DNA from: Bacteroidota bacterium
Lineage (GTDB): Bacteria > Bacteroidota > Bacteroidia > Chitinophagales > LD1
Reading direction: 5' to 3'
Assembly: GCA_018267365.1 (NCBI GenBank)
Contig: JAFDYQ010000009.1
Location: forward strand, 64,863 to 128,862
DNA: 64,000 bases
Shown: in pieces, positions 1 through 10,700 of the stretch
Numbering within the stretch: the stretch's first letter is position 1
How the letters are laid out: every line of letters starts with the position of its first letter
The notes under the pieces: generated by a model
Databases searched by the model: none
What the model saw: the letters and a program-made list of their open reading frames with translations, nothing else
What the model was told of the DNA's origin: nothing
Program-made: the position numbers and the translations under genes

Positions 1-383
1 CGAGCGGAGTCCAGTGCCATGCAGACCGGCTCATCCAGCTGGATATAATCTATTCCCCTTAGCTGTGTGAAAGCCTCTACGTTAGCTACAGGAACCTGTG
101 CAGTCCATATACGCCCCGCTTTTGTACCGATATGCACACCCAGCGCCTCCATATCTGCCTGCGAGACTGACGGCGCCACCCTGATCAGCGCGCTGATGCA
201 GACTCCTGCGTTCGTTTTCTTGTATACAAAGTCGGGCTGGATAGCAGATTTGCTGGCGGTGCCTTTGATCGCATTCAGGTAGATCTGTGTGCGTGGAGAG
301 AGTTTAGCGTATGTTTTGCTGGTGGATTGCGCTTTTGCAATGGTACCGCATATCACTGCCAGCAGGAGTAGGATATTCTTCAT
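1..383 (-). CDS. secreted protein, N-terminal part only (gene runs off the left edge); possibly the propeptide end of a subtilase-type peptidase
   Basis: ATG at 383-381 (minus) opens a frame with no stop down to position 1. MKNILLLLAVICGTIAKAQ is a signal peptide, and VEAFTQLRGIDYIQLDEP resembles the end of an S8 propeptide. It is absent from the ORF track because there is no stop in the window. Confidence 0.5.
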   Translation of the reverse strand, partial: MKNILLLLAVICGTIAKAQSTSKTYAKLSPRTQIYLNAIKGTASKSAIQPDFVYKKTNAGVCISALIRVAPSVSQADMEALGVHIGTKAGRIWTAQVPVANVEAFTQLRGIDYIQLDEPVCMALDSA

Positions 384-492
384 GAGCCTGAGTATTTCTG
401 AGTCCGCAAGATATACAATTTCCCACCGCGCTCACACGTCTGAGTGTCGGGCCTTTGCTCATTGCGGGCCATTTCACCATCTTCGCAGTCCC

Positions 493-2586
493 ATGCTTTT
501 GTATCCTTCACATACCATTGAGAAACTAGAGTTTGACAAAATCCTCTTGCTGATAGCACAGTACTGCCGCAGCGAACCCGCAAAACAGGCGGCTCTCGTA
601 CTAGAGCCTATGACTGACGGCGCAGAGGTGCGCAAACAACTGCTGCAGGTACACGACTACCGTAAGGTCATGTCCACCGGCTCTCACTTCCCGCTGGACT
701 ACGTGGCCGATCTGAGCAAAGAGCTTAAACTGCTCGGCATCACAGACGCTGTACTGGAGCAGGAGGGTTTTATCCGGATCAAGAGGACCGCGCTGACCAT
801 AGAGGGCATCTTCCGGTTCTTCGCAGCTAATGAGGGCCTGTATCCCAACCTGGAAGCCCTAGTAGGCGGTATCTACTATGAGAAGCAGATCGTACAACTG
901 ATCAATGGCGTGTTTGATGAGAACGCCAATGTAAAGGATAATGCCTCACGAGACCTGATGGACATCCGCAATCGGCTCAGCAAAAGGCGTAATGACCTCA
1001 GCCGCGTCTTTGCCGGGATCATACAGAAATATGCCAAGCTCGGCATCCTCACCGACTCCGGTCAGAGTATAAGGAATGGCCGTAAAGTCGTGACCATCGT
1101 AGCAGAAAGTAAACGCCAGATGGGCGGCATCATACATGATGAGTCAGATAGCGGCAAGACGGTCTTCATGGAGCCGCGCGAAACTGTAGAGCTGAACAAT
1201 GAGATATTTGAACTGGAGCGCGCAGAAGACCGGGAGGTGTACCGCATCCTGAAGGAGCTGACGGCGCAACTAGCACTCTATAGGCAGCTACTGGAGAGTT
1301 ATCAGAGTGTGATCACTAAGTATGACCTGATACAAGCCAAGTCAAAATTTGCCAATGAGATCAATGCATCCTATCCTGTCGTATCAGACAAGCCGGTGAT
1401 ACACCTGCGCAAGGCGGTGCATCCACTATTATACCTTCATCTGAAGAAGTCCAAAAAAGAAACGGTTTCGCTTAATATTAAGCTGGATGACGATAACCGC
1501 ATACTCGTCATCTCAGGTCCTAACGCCGGTGGCAAAACGATCACGCTGAAGACGATCGGCTTGCTACAAATGATGCTGCAAAGTGGCTTGCACGTGCCTG
1601 TAGATGAGCGCTCCGAGATGGGAATTTTTCAGTCTCTCTTCGTAGACATCGGTGACTCGCAGAGCATAGAGGACGAGCTGTCCACCTATTCCTCGCACCT
1701 CCGGGCTATGCGCTTTTTTCTGGATAATGCAGACAAGCGCACGATTTTTTTGATAGATGAGTTTGGTACTGGCTCAGACCCCGCGCTGGGCGGTGCTTTT
1801 GCAGAGGCCATACTCGAGGAGCTGGCCTTCAAACGGGCCTACGGCGTAGTGACCACCCACTACCTGAACCTGAAAATCATGGCCAATAAGGTCAAGGGCA
1901 TCCTGAATGGCGCGATGATCTTCAACGAGGAGACGCTCATGCCTACGTATCAGCTTACCACCGGCAAACCCGGCAGCTCCTACACCTTTGCCATAGCCGA
2001 GCGCACCGGCCTGCCGCGCATGCTCATCGAGCGTGCGAAAGACATGGTAGACCAGCAGCACTACCAGCTGGACCTGCTACTCAATAAGGTAGAACAGGAA
2101 CATCAGCTACTATTGGAAAAAGAAAAGGAACTGACTACAAAGACCAATGAGCTAAACGACCTTAAGAAGAACTACGAGACTCTGCTGGCCAAAGTGCAGC
2201 AAACCCGCGAGCGCCAGACCAACCAGCAGGTGATACAAAATAATTCTAAGACTACTCCATACATCCGTGAGGCAGAGCGCCGCTTGCAGAAACTACTCCG
2301 CGACTGGGAGACACGCAAAGATCTCGAGGTAGTAGCCGAGCAAACGAAGAAAGCCATAGAGGTAGAAAAGCCGAAAGAGGAGAAAAGAGAAAAGCAGAAA
2401 CCGGCGCCTCAGGAAAAGAAAAGAGAAGCAGCGAAACCCGTGCTAAAAACAAATCCCGGTGCAAGGGTCAAGATCGTATCCTTCAATAAAAACGGCGTGA
2501 TAGAGTCTGTAAAAGGAAATAAGGTGACAGTCGTGGCAGACGATATACGTATGACCGTCAATAAAGACGACCTGATCAATATCTGA
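493..2586 (+). CDS. mutS2: MutS2-family recombination/repair ATPase, without an Smr domain
   Basis: ORF 289..2586; conserved sequence begins at ATG 493 (MLLYPSHTIEKLEFDKI). Walker A GPNAGGKT, LIDEFGTGSDP, a Lys/Glu-rich coiled-coil linker and a KOW-like C-terminus. The gene stops 3 nt before a convergent gene. Confidence 0.85.
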   Translation: MLLYPSHTIEKLEFDKILLLIAQYCRSEPAKQAALVLEPMTDGAEVRKQLLQVHDYRKVMSTGSHFPLDYVADLSKELKLLGITDAVLEQEGFIRIKRTALTIEGIFRFFAANEGLYPNLEALVGGIYYEKQIVQLINGVFDENANVKDNASRDLMDIRNRLSKRRNDLSRVFAGIIQKYAKLGILTDSGQSIRNGRKVVTIVAESKRQMGGIIHDESDSGKTVFMEPRETVELNNEIFELERAEDREVYRILKELTAQLALYRQLLESYQSVITKYDLIQAKSKFANEINASYPVVSDKPVIHLRKAVHPLLYLHLKKSKKETVSLNIKLDDDNRILVISGPNAGGKTITLKTIGLLQMMLQSGLHVPVDERSEMGIFQSLFVDIGDSQSIEDELSTYSSHLRAMRFFLDNADKRTIFLIDEFGTGSDPALGGAFAEAILEELAFKRAYGVVTTHYLNLKIMANKVKGILNGAMIFNEETLMPTYQLTTGKPGSSYTFAIAERTGLPRMLIERAKDMVDQQHYQLDLLLNKVEQEHQLLLEKEKELTTKTNELNDLKKNYETLLAKVQQTRERQTNQQVIQNNSKTTPYIREAERRLQKLLRDWETRKDLEVVAEQTKKAIEVEKPKEEKREKQKPAPQEKKREAAKPVLKTNPGARVKIVSFNKNGVIESVKGNKVTVVADDIRMTVNKDDLINI

Positions 2587-2589
2587 ATA

Positions 2590-4182
2590 CTATCTGAAAA
2601 TGCTGTAGTCCGCCCAGACCTTGCGATAGTAGTCCGATGGATCCGATACTATTTGAGACTTCTTGTCAAAGATCATCGTGTAGCGATGAGTAGGGTCATA
2701 CTTCATCCAGTCTCCGGTGCCTGCACCCGCAGGATTGCCATATCGGGCAAAGTTCAGCCAGTTCTGCTGCATTTGTGCGGAGATGCGGTGTATCGTTTTT
2801 TTGTTTGCGCCCAGCGTAAAGAGTTTGCCTAATCCATGGTCCATATTACCAAATACAAACGGCATCTCAAGTCCGTGGCATGATTTCAGCCCGGTCAAAC
2901 GCAGCAATGGCGACGACCACTGAAAACGGTACATGTATGTAGAAGAGAATTTGTTTTGCTCTTCTGTAAATCGGATACATGGCATTACAAACACGCCATC
3001 TGTCGTCATATCCATCACACCACTTTTGTGCGGATAGTTTTTGTAGGCCTTTATTATTTTCTGACGGGCCTCTGGTTCCACTACAGCCAGATATGGGGTC
3101 AGCTCTTGCGCATTTCGCGGAGTGACACCGATCTTTTTCAGAGAGAGGAATGTCGACTCATCTTTATTAGTCCCTATCATCAGCTCTACCCCAGATGCTT
3201 CGCCGGCCTTGATCGCCGCCATGAGATCCCTTGGCAAAAAGCTGCCGTCTACTGTCGGGGCTAGTACCTTGACCCTCGTCGTCTCCTTCATCAGCTGCTC
3301 AAAGAGCCTGTCCATCCCTGCCACCAGTGTGTCTGATGGCAGTGCCTTGAGCTTATCCAGATCGTTCGGCCCCAGGCCCAGGAGCTTCATGTACCGCTGC
3401 GTGATCTCAGTAGCGGTCTGTGGTGTCCATAGGGACTCAGGCGCACCACTCTCTACGATAGCCCGCTTGAAAAGCCCCTTGGCAGAAGGTGTACTCATCA
3501 GCGTCATCACACTGATAGCACCGGCAGATTCACCAAAAATCGTGACCTGATCAGGATCGCCACCAAACGAAGCAATATTTTCGCGGACCCATTTGAGTGC
3601 AGCTACCTGATCACGTATACCGAGGTTATTGTCAAATCCTTCTTTTTGTCCTTTTATGTCATCGAAATACAGGAATCCAAGCGCTCCGAGACGATAGTTG
3701 ATCGATACGACTACTACATCTCCGTTTTGGGCCAGGTGTGTGCCATCATAGATATCTGCAGAGCCCGAGCCGACCAGAAAACCACCACCATGTATCCATA
3801 CCATTACTGGGCGCTTCTTACTATCAGCCGCCGGCGACCATACATTCAGGTAGAGGCAGTCCTCGCCTGCTTCTTTCGGGTCTTTCAGGGTGCGCCTGGT
3901 CTGCGGGGATACGTGGCCAAAGGCGCTCGCGTCCTTGACGCCTACCCACGGCTGTAGCGGCTGCGGCGCCTTAAAGCGGAGTTCACCTACCGGCTGCTGC
4001 GCATAGGGTATGCCTTTCCATATGCTGATGCCATGCTGGCTGATGCCACGTAGCGTGCCCTGCGCTGTTGTGGCAAGGGGTTTGTCTATGGCCTTGGTAT
4101 TATCTGCTGCTAGCAGCGAACAGGTAGATACTGCGATCAGCACAGCCATCAAAAATATGCGGGAGGTATAAGATGATTTCAT
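2590..4182 (-). CDS. type-B carboxylesterase/lipase family protein, secreted
   Basis: ORF 2590..4275; likely start is ATG 4182 (MKSSYTSRIFLMAVLIAVS signal peptide). HGGGF oxyanion motif and GESAGA nucleophile elbow. Confidence 0.85.
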   Translation of the reverse strand: MKSSYTSRIFLMAVLIAVSTCSLLAADNTKAIDKPLATTAQGTLRGISQHGISIWKGIPYAQQPVGELRFKAPQPLQPWVGVKDASAFGHVSPQTRRTLKDPKEAGEDCLYLNVWSPAADSKKRPVMVWIHGGGFLVGSGSADIYDGTHLAQNGDVVVVSINYRLGALGFLYFDDIKGQKEGFDNNLGIRDQVAALKWVRENIASFGGDPDQVTIFGESAGAISVMTLMSTPSAKGLFKRAIVESGAPESLWTPQTATEITQRYMKLLGLGPNDLDKLKALPSDTLVAGMDRLFEQLMKETTRVKVLAPTVDGSFLPRDLMAAIKAGEASGVELMIGTNKDESTFLSLKKIGVTPRNAQELTPYLAVVEPEARQKIIKAYKNYPHKSGVMDMTTDGVFVMPCIRFTEEQNKFSSTYMYRFQWSSPLLRLTGLKSCHGLEMPFVFGNMDHGLGKLFTLGANKKTIHRISAQMQQNWLNFARYGNPAGAGTGDWMKYDPTHRYTMIFDKKSQIVSDPSDYYRKVWADYSIFR

Positions 4183-4198
4183 TTTGATATATGAACAG

Positions 4199-4206
4199 CA
4201 AAAATA
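4199..4206 (-). promoter_or_regulatory. candidate -7 promoter box TATTTTTG
   Basis: Matches the Bacteroidota TAnnTTTG -7 consensus on the minus strand, 16 nt upstream of the esterase ATG. No good -33 TTTG. Confidence 0.35.
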
Positions 4207-4281
4207 CCTCATGATTCTCAGAACGGGCGCTGTTTTATCACGAAGACGCAGATTCTCTCTGCCTACCGTCGCCAATTCTTG

Positions 4282-6180
4282 TTAAAGGAAGTACTTCTTG
4301 TACCAGTATTGGAAAACGATCAGGCCCCAGATGCGTGCATGCACCTCGCCGGGATCAGAGGAGAAGAGCTGCTTTTTCAGCAGACGTATCTCGGTAGCGT
4401 CAAATATCCCCTGCTGCTCGATGAAGCTATCACTCAGCAGGTCATCCTCTATCAGCGACCGCAGCCCCGTGCGAAACCATTTCAGCAGTGGTACCTCAAA
4501 GCCGCGCTTGGGACGCGTGTAGAGCTCATCGGGCAGCACATCACGGAATGCATCCTTAAGTATCTTCTTTGTGTGGCCGCCGGCTATTTTAAACTTTGTC
4601 GGGATAGTAAAAGCATAATTGACCACCGTGTAGTCCAGTATCGGGACGCGTACCTCCAGGCTATTGGCCATGCTCATGAGGTCTACCTTGGTGAGCATAT
4701 CATTGGGTAGGACCATCTGTGTATCGGCCATCAGCACATCATTGATAGAGTCCTTGCCATTCACATATTTCAGAACAGCTTCTTTGCGCTGGTCTATATC
4801 TGCTTTATTGATGCTATGATTGGCCCGGATCAGCCGCTGTGCATCATCCTGGTCTACAAAGGCGCACCACCTCCAGTAGCGCTCCTGTGGTGAAAGTTTT
4901 AATCCCACACCATAGCGCTCCAGCTGCCGGAAGATATTGGTGAACTTCGACTGCCGCGACTTAGGCAGCATCTTCCATACAGGCAGTCCGGCCTTTACAG
5001 CCGTATTCACCAGGTTCTTCTTTCGGGCGCGCAGCTCCGCATCATGCTTATTATAGCCGGCAAACAGCTCATCTCCACCATCTCCGGAGAGCGACACGGT
5101 GACATGCTTGCGGGTATGCATACTCAGGATGTATACCGCGATAGCCGAAGAGTCCGCAAACGGTTCGTCTAAATAGTCGAGGATATCAAACAAGTGCTGA
5201 TACATATCCTCTGTAGTAATGCTAAAGACCGTATGATTGGTGCCAAACTTCTTTGCCACCAGATTAGCATAATACGTCTCATCAAAGAACGGTTCATCTT
5301 TGAATCCTATGGAGAAAGTATTGAGGTCTGGCTTGTGCCGTGCCGCGAGGGAGACGACGATAGAGGAGTCTATACCACCACTGAGGAAAGCTCCCAGCGG
5401 CACATCTGACACCAGCCTGCGCTGTACAGAGGCATCGAGCAGGGTGCGTAGTTCGCTCTGCGCCCTATCGTAGGAGGCTGGTGTATCCGCGATCAGGTTT
5501 CTGTCATCGTAGGGCACTTTATAGTACTGCGCTTTGCCTTGGTGACCAGTCCGGTCTATGGTCATATACCAACCCGGCAGCAGGCGCGATACATGCTTTA
5601 GAATTGAATTTGAACCGGGGATATAGTTTAGCTGTAGGTAGAGCGCCAGCGAGTCAAAGTCTATCTCCTTGCTGATGGGAAAGGCAAAGATAGCCTTCAG
5701 CTCCGAGGCAAAAATGATCTTGCCGTTATCCTCATACACATGCAGTGGTTTGATACCCATCCTGTCTCGGGCTATAAAGAGGCTCTGCTCCACACTGTCA
5801 TAAACCGCAAAGGCAAAGAAGCCATTCAGGTGCTGCAGGCAGTCCTCGCCGAGTTTGATATAGAGATCCAGGAGGACCTCCGTGTCTGAGGAGGAGTGAA
5901 ATTTCTGATCACCCAGAAACTGCGCACGCAACTCACGATAGTTAAATATCTCTCCATTAAAGATAATAGTATACCGCCCCGTCTCATCCGTCATCGGCTG
6001 GGTGGCGCAGTCGGTCGTATCTATGATAGACAAACGTGCATGGCCAAAACCCACATGCGGCGAAAGAATACGTGACACCTGCGTATCCGGCCCGCGCAGC
6101 GATAGCGCCTGCAACGCTTTATCCAGATGCGCCTTATGATCTGCTTCCGCTTTTGAAAAATAACCTACGATGCCGCACAT
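4282..6180 (-). CDS. asnB: asparagine synthase (glutamine-hydrolysing)
   Basis: N-terminal MCGIVGY (Cys2 class-II amidotransferase nucleophile) and SGGIDSS PP-loop motif; 632 aa. Confidence 0.9.
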   Translation of the reverse strand: MCGIVGYFSKAEADHKAHLDKALQALSLRGPDTQVSRILSPHVGFGHARLSIIDTTDCATQPMTDETGRYTIIFNGEIFNYRELRAQFLGDQKFHSSSDTEVLLDLYIKLGEDCLQHLNGFFAFAVYDSVEQSLFIARDRMGIKPLHVYEDNGKIIFASELKAIFAFPISKEIDFDSLALYLQLNYIPGSNSILKHVSRLLPGWYMTIDRTGHQGKAQYYKVPYDDRNLIADTPASYDRAQSELRTLLDASVQRRLVSDVPLGAFLSGGIDSSIVVSLAARHKPDLNTFSIGFKDEPFFDETYYANLVAKKFGTNHTVFSITTEDMYQHLFDILDYLDEPFADSSAIAVYILSMHTRKHVTVSLSGDGGDELFAGYNKHDAELRARKKNLVNTAVKAGLPVWKMLPKSRQSKFTNIFRQLERYGVGLKLSPQERYWRWCAFVDQDDAQRLIRANHSINKADIDQRKEAVLKYVNGKDSINDVLMADTQMVLPNDMLTKVDLMSMANSLEVRVPILDYTVVNYAFTIPTKFKIAGGHTKKILKDAFRDVLPDELYTRPKRGFEVPLLKWFRTGLRSLIEDDLLSDSFIEQQGIFDATEIRLLKKQLFSSDPGEVHARIWGLIVFQYWYKKYFL

Positions 6181-6191
6181 GGACGGAAAAT

Positions 6192-6240
6192 AGTAATTAG
6201 TAGTAAGTAATCAGTAGTTAGTATTAAGTATTTAGACAAC
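6192..6240 (-). repeat. seven phased 7-nt units (AGTAATT AGTAGTA AGTAATC AGTAGTT AGTATTA AGTATTT AGACAAC on the + strand) in the asnB leader
   Basis: Read directly from the sequence. The last five units match the 35-nt module at 16566..16600 and 43135..43169. The array ends 11 nt from the asnB ATG. Confidence 0.8.
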
Positions 6241-6249
6241 AGCCGTATC

Positions 6250-7674
6250 TCAGACTTTCAGCAGGTGTGGTCGTTCTTTATGCACCTTGACGATCAGCTC
6301 GCCAAAGAGCGTATTGGCCCAGGCGAACCACTTCCGCGTATACAGTTTCGGATTATTGGCGCTAAAGCCCTCATGCATGAAGCCTGTGCCGGCGTGCGTT
6401 GCCTTGATCATGCTGAGGCAAGAGGCTATCTCGGTATCATCCTCGCTGGTCAGAGCGCGTGCTATCAGGCTGAGGTGCCAGACGTAGCCTTTGGGCGTGT
6501 GGTCGCTACCTACGCCTGTGGCATATTTGCCTGTGACAAAGTACGGGTTGCTATCGCTAAGGATGAACTGGCGGGTGTGCTGATACGTCTCATCCGTCCG
6601 ATCCACTGCATCGAAGTAGGGCAGGCTGAGCAGATTGGGCAAGTTGGGCTCGTCTATTACGAGTTGGTGGCCGAGGGCGTCTGTCTCATAGGCATATATC
6701 GCACCATACCTAGGATGCTGATGTACTCCATATTCCTTTAGGGCCTTTTCTACCTCGTCTGCCAGCTCTGTGCTCTCTTTGGCTAAGGCTGACTCATGGA
6801 TCGCTGTAGCTATTTTAGAAAGCTGCCGCAGGGAAATGACTGCAAAGAAATTGGACGGGATCAGAAAGGGATACGTGGTCGCATCATCTGAGGGGCGAAA
6901 CATGGAGCAGATCAGGCCCACAGGCTTCACAGACTCTCCGTAGCCATCATGAGTCAGGGTGTCCTTATTAGCCAGTATACCACGCTGGAAATGATACGGC
7001 CCATGATCTGTCTTGCGCTGCTGCTCTTTGAATGTTTTGACCACTAGCTTCATCGCTGCTACCCAGTCTTTGTCGAAGACAGAAATATCAGTGGTCACCT
7101 CAAAATACCTGTGTGCCAGCCGGATTACATAGCACAGCGAATCCACCTCCCACTTGCGCTCGTGCAGGTCCATCTTCATATCGGTCTTATCGCCATACCA
7201 TTCACTCTTCTTTTTGTTATCGTAGTTGAATGCATTGGCATAAGGATCTATGAGTACGGACCGCGCATGCCGGTTGATCACACCCTGCACGAGTTTTTTC
7301 AACGCAGGATCATCATTGACGTATTGCACGTAGGGATAGACCTGTGCCGAGGAGTCGCGCAGCCACATGGCATCTATATCTCCGGTGATGACAAAGGTAT
7401 CTGCCTTGCCATCCACCTCGCCGTGATGTGTGATGGTCGTATCCAGCGTATTGGGAAAGCAGTTTTCAAAGAGCCAGGCCAGCTCGGGATCTGCTATGTC
7501 AGCTTTCACCCGCACGATCTCCGACTCAATGGCCGGGCTGGTAAATTTCCGCTGCGCCATAGCCGGCCTGCGGGTTTCGTAGTTTGCACCTTTCGCAAAA
7601 AGAGAAGCCGGGCTGACTGCTAGTCCCCCGGCTACTAATGATGTATGGATGATAAAGCTTCTTCTGTCCAGCAT
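6250..7674 (-). CDS. glycoside hydrolase family 125 (exo-alpha-1,6-mannosidase-like, DUF1237)
   Basis: ORF 6250..7704. DAMWLRDSSAQV motif is typical of GH125. The Met at 7674 is followed by a DRRSFI twin-arginine-like signal; an alternative start lies at 7704. Confidence 0.75.
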   Translation of the reverse strand: MLDRRSFIIHTSLVAGGLAVSPASLFAKGANYETRRPAMAQRKFTSPAIESEIVRVKADIADPELAWLFENCFPNTLDTTITHHGEVDGKADTFVITGDIDAMWLRDSSAQVYPYVQYVNDDPALKKLVQGVINRHARSVLIDPYANAFNYDNKKKSEWYGDKTDMKMDLHERKWEVDSLCYVIRLAHRYFEVTTDISVFDKDWVAAMKLVVKTFKEQQRKTDHGPYHFQRGILANKDTLTHDGYGESVKPVGLICSMFRPSDDATTYPFLIPSNFFAVISLRQLSKIATAIHESALAKESTELADEVEKALKEYGVHQHPRYGAIYAYETDALGHQLVIDEPNLPNLLSLPYFDAVDRTDETYQHTRQFILSDSNPYFVTGKYATGVGSDHTPKGYVWHLSLIARALTSEDDTEIASCLSMIKATHAGTGFMHEGFSANNPKLYTRKWFAWANTLFGELIVKVHKERPHLLKV

Positions 7675-7723
7675 AACCGATATTACTATTCCCAACTTAT
7701 GCAATCAGCATGAATCCATAGAT

Positions 7724-10700
7724 TTATTCTTCGCGTCCGTGACAGTTCTTAAACTTCTTGCCGCTGCCGCATGGACATGGATCATTACGTCCTATCTTCT
7801 CACCTACACGCACCGGCTCTTGCTTGCGCACCGGCTCAGCGTGCTGTGGCTGACCATGCGGCATGTGACCCTGCGCATGCTGTGGGGCATTGAGCGCGGC
7901 GTCATTGCGGCTCTCCTTCATCTTGCGAAAGTCTGTCTGCTCCTGCTCGGCGGCGCGCACCTGCTGTGGCTCAGCTACCGGTATCATACCCTTGAAAAGG
8001 AAAGATGCGATCTCTTTATTGATATTGCTGATGAGGCCCTTGAAGAGGTTAAACGACTCGATCTTATAGATCACCAGTGGATCTTTCTGCTCATAGCCTG
8101 CCGTCTGAACCTCCTGCTTCAGGTCATCCATCTGGCGCAGGTGGTCCTTCCACGCGTCATCTATCAGCGCGAGTGACACACCTTTTTCAAAATACGTCAT
8201 CAGGTCACGGCCTTCGCTTTTCACGATATGCTCCAGCGGCACGTAGATATTGATGCCACGGCGGGTATCTGTGAATGGTATGGCCACGCTGCTGATCTGC
8301 TCGCCACGCTCCATATAGAGACCCGTGAGTACCGGCAGTGCATTGGACAGGATGAAGTGCTTTTTGCGTTCATAGGCTTCCATTACTTCATGGAATAGCT
8401 TCTCTGTCAGTGCCTCAGCGCGACCTGCAGCAAACTCCTCAGCCGTGATAGCAGTATCTACCGAGAAGAAGCGGATCACCTCCAGCTTGAACCCTTCATA
8501 GTCCTTGGTGTCAAGACCGGTAGTGACGAGCTCATCTGCCAGATCGTAGAAAGAGTTTTGTATATCGAGAGCCAGACGCTCTCCGAATAGTGCATGCTTA
8601 CGCTTGGTGTATACTACCTGGCGCTGCTTATTCATCACATCATCGTACTCCAGCAGGCGCTTACGGATGCCAAAGTTGTTTTCTTCTACCTTCTTCTGTG
8701 CGCGCTCGATAGACTTGGTGATCATGCTGTGCTGTATCACCTCGCCCTCCTCGTAGCCAAAGCGATCCATAACCTTGGAGATACGCTCAGAGCCGAAGAG
8801 GCGCATGAGCTCGTCCTCCAGTGATACATAAAACTGTGATGAACCCGGGTCACCCTGGCGGCCTGCACGGCCACGCAGCTGGCGGTCTACACGGCGGGAG
8901 TCGTGGCGCTCAGAGCCTATGATAGCGAGGCCACCTGCGGCCTTGGCCTGATCGTCCAGCTTGATATCCGTACCACGGCCTGCCATATTGGTAGCGATGG
9001 TCACGCTGCCTGCATGTCCTGCCTCTGCTACGATCTCTGCCTCACGCTGGTGTTGCTTGGCATTGAGTACATTGTGCTTGATCTTGCGCATAGTGAGCAT
9101 ACGGCCCAGGAGCTCAGACACCTCTACATTGGTAGTACCGACCAGTACAGGGCGGCCCTCTGAGGTCAGCTTGGTGATCTCATCTATGATAGCGTTAAAT
9201 TTCTCCTTGCGCGTCTTGTATACCAAATCCTCGCGATCGTCACGTGCTATGGGGCGATTGGTAGGGATGCTGGATACCTCCAGCTTGTAGATATCCCATA
9301 GCTCCTGTGCCTCTGTCTCGGCAGTGCCGGTCATACCACAGAGCTTGTGATACATACGGAAGTAGTTTTGCAGGGTGATGGTAGCCATCGTTTGTGAGGC
9401 AGCTTCTACCTTCACATTTTCCTTGGCCTCTATAGCCTGGTGCAGGCCATCAGAGTAGCGGCGGCCCTCCATGATACGCCCGGTGTTTTCATCTACGATC
9501 TTCACCTTGCCATCTATCACTACATACTCTACATCTTTATCAAAGAGTGTATAAGCCTTTAGCAACTGTGACACGGAGTGGATGCGTTCGCTCTTGATAG
9601 CAAAGTCCTGCATCAGGGCGTCCTTCTGCTGGAGCTTTTCCTCCGGTGTCAGGCTTGACTTCTCCAGGTCTGCTATCACGCTGCCCACCTCCGGTATCAC
9701 AAAGAAATGCGGGTCCTCACCGGCACCTGTGATCAGCTCGATACCTTTATCAGTCAGGTCTACGCTGTTGTTCTTTTCATCTATGGTAAAGTACAGCTCC
9801 TTGTCCACGATCGGCATATTGCGCTGCTGCTCGCCCAGGTAGTGGTTCTCTGTCTCGCGCATGATCTGTGTCACGCCCGGTTCACTGAGAAACTTGATCA
9901 ATGCCGTATTTTTGGGATAGCCTCGCTGCGCGCGGAAGAGTGCGAGGCCACCTTCTCCCTCCTTGTATCCCGTATTGCCTTCCTTGATCAGGCGCTTGGC
10001 ATCAGTCAGGAAGTTATTGCACACGCGCTTCTGTGTCTCTACCAGCTTATTGATGCGCGGCTTCAGTTCGTAAAATTCCTTTTCGTCAGAGCTATCTATC
10101 TGGCCGGAGATAATGAGTGGCGTACGGGCATCATCTACCAGTACGGAGTCCACCTCATCTACCATGGCAAAGTGGTGCTTGCGCTGTACCAGCTCGTCAG
10201 GATTGCGCACCATATTGTCACGCAGGTAGTCAAAGCCAAATTCGTTATTGGTACCGTAGGTGATATCTGCGCGGTAGGCATTGATACGGCCATCGGAGTG
10301 CGGCTCATATTGGTCTATACAGTCTACGCGGATGCCGAGGAAGTTGAACAGCGGGCCATTCCACTCAGAGTCACGGCGTGCCAGGTAGTCATTGACCGTC
10401 ACGATGTGTACGCCCTCGCCGGCCAGTGCATTGAGGTAGGCTGGCAGGGTAGCCACGAGGGTTTTGCCCTCACCGGTGGCCATCTCTGCTATTTTGCCCT
10501 GATGCAGTACGATACCGCCTATGAGCTGCACATCGTAGTGCACCATATTCCACTTGACCGGCACCCCGGCAGCGAGCCATTCATTTTTGTAGTAGACCTT
10601 ATCGCCCTCTATCTCTATAGCCTTATTGGTCACAGCCAGATCGCGGTCCAGCTGGGTAGCGGTAGCCTCTACACGAGGATTATTGGTAAAGCGGTAGGCA

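Noticed and set aside
289-492. N-terminal extensions offered by the ORF track (mutS2 289..492; also metH 16561..16611, dehydratase 43085..43129, gcvT 51824..51880, ABC ATPase 30673..30738)
   Set aside because: The extensions are not conserved-looking and overlap promoter, leader or repeat elements. In each case an internal ATG begins the recognisable family N-terminus.
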